From Calcarisporiella thermophila CBS 279.70 (Eukaryota > Fungi > Calcarisporiellomycota), in contig NW_027192207.1 in NCBI RefSeq assembly GCF_041956535.1, forward strand, positions 64,810 through 128,809: a stretch of DNA of 64,000 bases, read 5' to 3'. Positions within the stretch are counted from its first letter, which is position 1, and each line of letters opens with the position of its first letter. The translations under genes were made by a program, and so were the position numbers. Shown here piece by piece: positions 59,424-64,000 of the stretch. The notes beneath the pieces were generated by a model. That model had not been told where the DNA came from. It saw nothing but the letters and a program-made list of their open reading frames with translations, and made no database searches.

Positions 59424-60101
59424 CGCGATTCAAGTAATACTAGAATGAAAGATCACATCAGTTGTCATTGCACATGGATTCTCAACATTCTTCCCCCCTC
59501 CCCCTTCTCTCCTCCTCCACAATAGCAAGAAGAAGGACCAAGGATCACTGTTCTCTCGTTCTGCACTTGCAGTGGATGGATAGATGGATGGATGGCTATG
59601 CTTACCTCGTTCAAAAGACTTTGGGGGGCCCTAACGATGTATGAAGAAAGAGAGGGAGCTCGATGAAAAGTAGTAGCACGTTTTCTTTTGTTACTCGAGA
59701 CCGGCTCCTCCATTGAGCAACGTCATCACCATTTTTTCCCGCTTGAAATGGCGAGTTGTATTTGGGATCCACCTAGGTCACAGATTGCTGACATCATCTC
59801 GCAATAATGCCTCAACCCCCCCTTCATTATAAGAGCTTCTTGCATTCCAGCTTCGACTTGATTTCCTTTTCAAAACAACCCACCTAGGAAAGATGTTTTG
59901 ACTCCCAGCGCACTGTTTACATTCCTCACGTCGCTATCATTACTATCTTCTCATATTTGGCCTCATTGGCGATCTTAATCCTTGATCTGTGTTATTAATT
60001 CCATCATCCCCACTCTTTCAATTCCTTATTTGGGAACCATTGCCGGCCTTTCCTGATAGAAGGGAAAGGTATCTCATAATTAGCTCTTTTACATTACGAA
60101 A

Positions 60102-61713
<1,612 letters not shown>

Positions 61714-62230
61714 ATTCTTGGTTCGCCCTGCATCTTCCTGTGGGGGACGCAACCCTTTCTGCGCGCCGAATTCCACGTGTCTCTTTCCTCACTTTTTTCT
61801 CATGTTTACTATGGATTTCAATATTCGTTTATGCTGCAAATATACAAGCATCTGTTTAGAAGGATAGAAAGAGATAGATAGATAGATAAAGAGACTCGAA
61901 AGGAAAGAAAGCCGTCTACGTTTTTTTTTTCTCAGTTGCACTGGATTCTCTTGCGTCACCCCTTCCAATCCGCGGCGGTCACGGAAGAGGGGATGGAGGC
62001 GGGGAGGCCGGATTAGATGCGACGATTCAGCTAGATAAGGGAGTCATTAAGTTATATTAAATTAACGTGTACATTAACGCAGAAGAGAAGAATGGGGGAA
62101 GGGTGAGGTAAAGGGGAGGAAATAGAAACACGTAACAAGTTGGGAGGAGGGATCGCTTTTTAGCCACTGCTCATCTAAGAGAGCGTGGCGGGGGGGGGGG
62201 GGGGAGGAGTGTGTGGAAGCAGGCGGGAGC

Positions 62231-63175
62231 CTATATGTACTGCTTCTCTACGAGCTGCAGGTAGTTGCTGGGGGCAATCCCGACGGTGCCGTCCGACTTG
62301 CGAGCACTCCACCACTTGCCCTGGATGCTCGAGATCTCCAGCACTTCTCCCTTTGCAAAACTGATCTCGTTGGGGTCGTCCGGGTTGGCCGAGTAGGAGT
62401 AGATGGCCTTGGCCCTGTGCTGATACTCCGCGTTGGGCGTGAGTAACACGGTATCGGTGGGGTTGCCCCCGGTTGCCACGGTATGCATGGACATGGGAGG
62501 GGAATGGAGGGCGGTGGCGCTCCCTCCCAGCGTGCTCCTGCCCAAGCTGTTGGCGACGAAGGGCGAAGCAGGCGGGGAGATGACGGTCTGGGAGGCGTGG
62601 GAGAGATGGGATGTGCGAGGGCGCGAATGGCGAGCCGGGTGAGACATGGGGACGGCATTGACGCGGTGCGCAATGTAGGATTCATCCTCGCTGCCAAACA
62701 CCAGAATCCACAGGAACTAATGGAGGAAGAGAATCCGAGTGAGCAGGATGGGCAGAGAGGCGAAGAGGAGGGGAAGACTGCGTTACCTGGACGAGGAGAA
62801 GCACGACGTTGCCGGCGAGCATGACGCTCCATGCCGCGGACGAGGAGTGCATTGCGGCCGAAGACACGGAGAGCATTGCCACGCTGTACACTAAAAATCC
62901 CATGACCTGGCGCGGCCATGTTAGCCCACAGAGAAGAAATGCCCAAGGTAAGCAATGCCAATACTCACTGCAAATCGGTAGGCCTGCAATTCGCCGGTTA
63001 TGATTCCGAAGATGATACCTGCTATTAGGAAGAGTTCGAAAAAGACCAGCCACCAATTAAGCCCATTTCCGATAGCGCATGTGGCCCCGAACAGGAGCAG
63101 GAAGCCGAGGGCGCTGGCACAAATGGTGATTAGGAGGAAGGGATTGCCGATGACTCGGCTGAAGTCGAAGTTCAT
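62231..63175 (-). CDS. SHO1: Osmosensor Sho1 (4 TM plus SH3)
   Basis: Four N-terminal hydrophobic helices over three exons, FGSED, and C-terminal SH3 [23 protein letters not shown]...[19 protein letters not shown]. Confidence 0.92.
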
Positions 63176-64000
63176 TATCTGTATTTGTGTATATCACTCT
63201 CTCTCTATGTAGATAGATGAAGGCGGGAGGGGCGCTAAGCGCAAGAGCGGGGGCGTGATGCGGAGGTGCTGGCAGGGGGAGCGGTGATGGTGAGCGGGAG
63301 CTAAGAGCGCTTGTTTCCGCGGCCGCCTCTTCTTCAGGGGAACGTTGACAGCTGAGAGGAGGAGTGGCCGAATCTTAAAGTGGAGTGGTTGGAGACCCGG
63401 TCCAAGCCCGAGAGTTCAGTCACATCCCCCCTTCCGAATACACACCCACTCATTAACAATATAAGGAACAGCGAAGACTTCATTGCGTCGAAGCCTGACC
63501 AATGGGGCGCGCGGGCCCTCGCGCGCCATTGGCCGGCTGGATCCATCCAGGTCTAACCTATCCAGTCCTATGGGCTGCGGGCGGTCATACCACTTGGAAT
63601 CGCTAATGCGTTCATCCTTGTGGAGCGATTAAGCCGCTCGGTCCAAGACCTCGTCCGCGCTTTTTGGCAGTATGGGTTCCAAGTTTGCGTCCGGCTTTCA
63701 TGTCACCTCGTGCTGCATCTGTGTTCGGGATGTTTGAGATCGTGCAACGCGCGGGTGCTTGGCCCAGCCCCAGCCAGAGACCGCAGGGGTCGCTCGGACT
63801 CGGCGGCGCCGCAGCCGACATTGGCATTGGCATCCGCATTGCCATTCGGCCCCCATCGGCATGCCGCTCCGGCTGGCCCGCTTGCGGTTCGGAGGGCCTG
63901 GCGAGAAATCCAACTGCGCTGGCCGATTTGAAGCGCCGACCAGCCTATTGCAAATCGGCGAGTGGATCAATTTCACGACACCACTCAGCTCCTGAGAAAA

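Noticed and set aside
63334-63995. ORFs and short GGCATT-type repeats upstream of SHO1
   Set aside because: GC-rich promoter-like sequence; the repeats are too short and irregular for an array.

Overview
Gene-dense, intron-rich eukaryotic DNA (short, mostly 60-90 nt GT-AG introns, two GC-AG). Gene content points to an early-diverging, non-Dikarya fungus (Zoopagomycota/Mucoromycota-like; inference). About 30 protein genes could be modelled by hand: ENA-type P-ATPase (partial), two tandem intronless isochorismatase-family hydrolases, RluA-type pseudouridine synthase, 7TM receptor-like protein, FOL3/FolC, CENP-W, EDE1, PhoD, PQ-loop protein, TTC27/EMW1, DHX40-like helicase, importin alpha, TMX2-like, APE1-like, a bacterial-type beta-helix protein, YPK1/Gad8, a myristoylation-motif SAM methyltransferase, a tandem MBOAT pair (one pseudogene), TAD3, BRE1, CSRP-like LIM protein, ALG13, RPL13, Psk1/S6K-like kinase and SHO1. 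No tRNA, rRNA, CRISPR array or transposon was recognised. Most notable: (1) a 10-exon gene (9219-11757) joining a Siz/PIAS-type SAP domain to a Bir1/Survivin-like C-terminal helix with no BIR domain, through seven phase-0 exons that each encode one charge-patterned repeat; (2) a Pro-rich ORF (55349-56206) with four tau/MAP2-like repeats; (3) two candidate bacterial gene transfers; (4) an apparent gene-conversion tract between an intact MBOAT gene and its pseudogene; (5) a perfect 23-bp hairpin with a GATA loop upstream of FOL3. All family calls come from motif recognition, not database searches.
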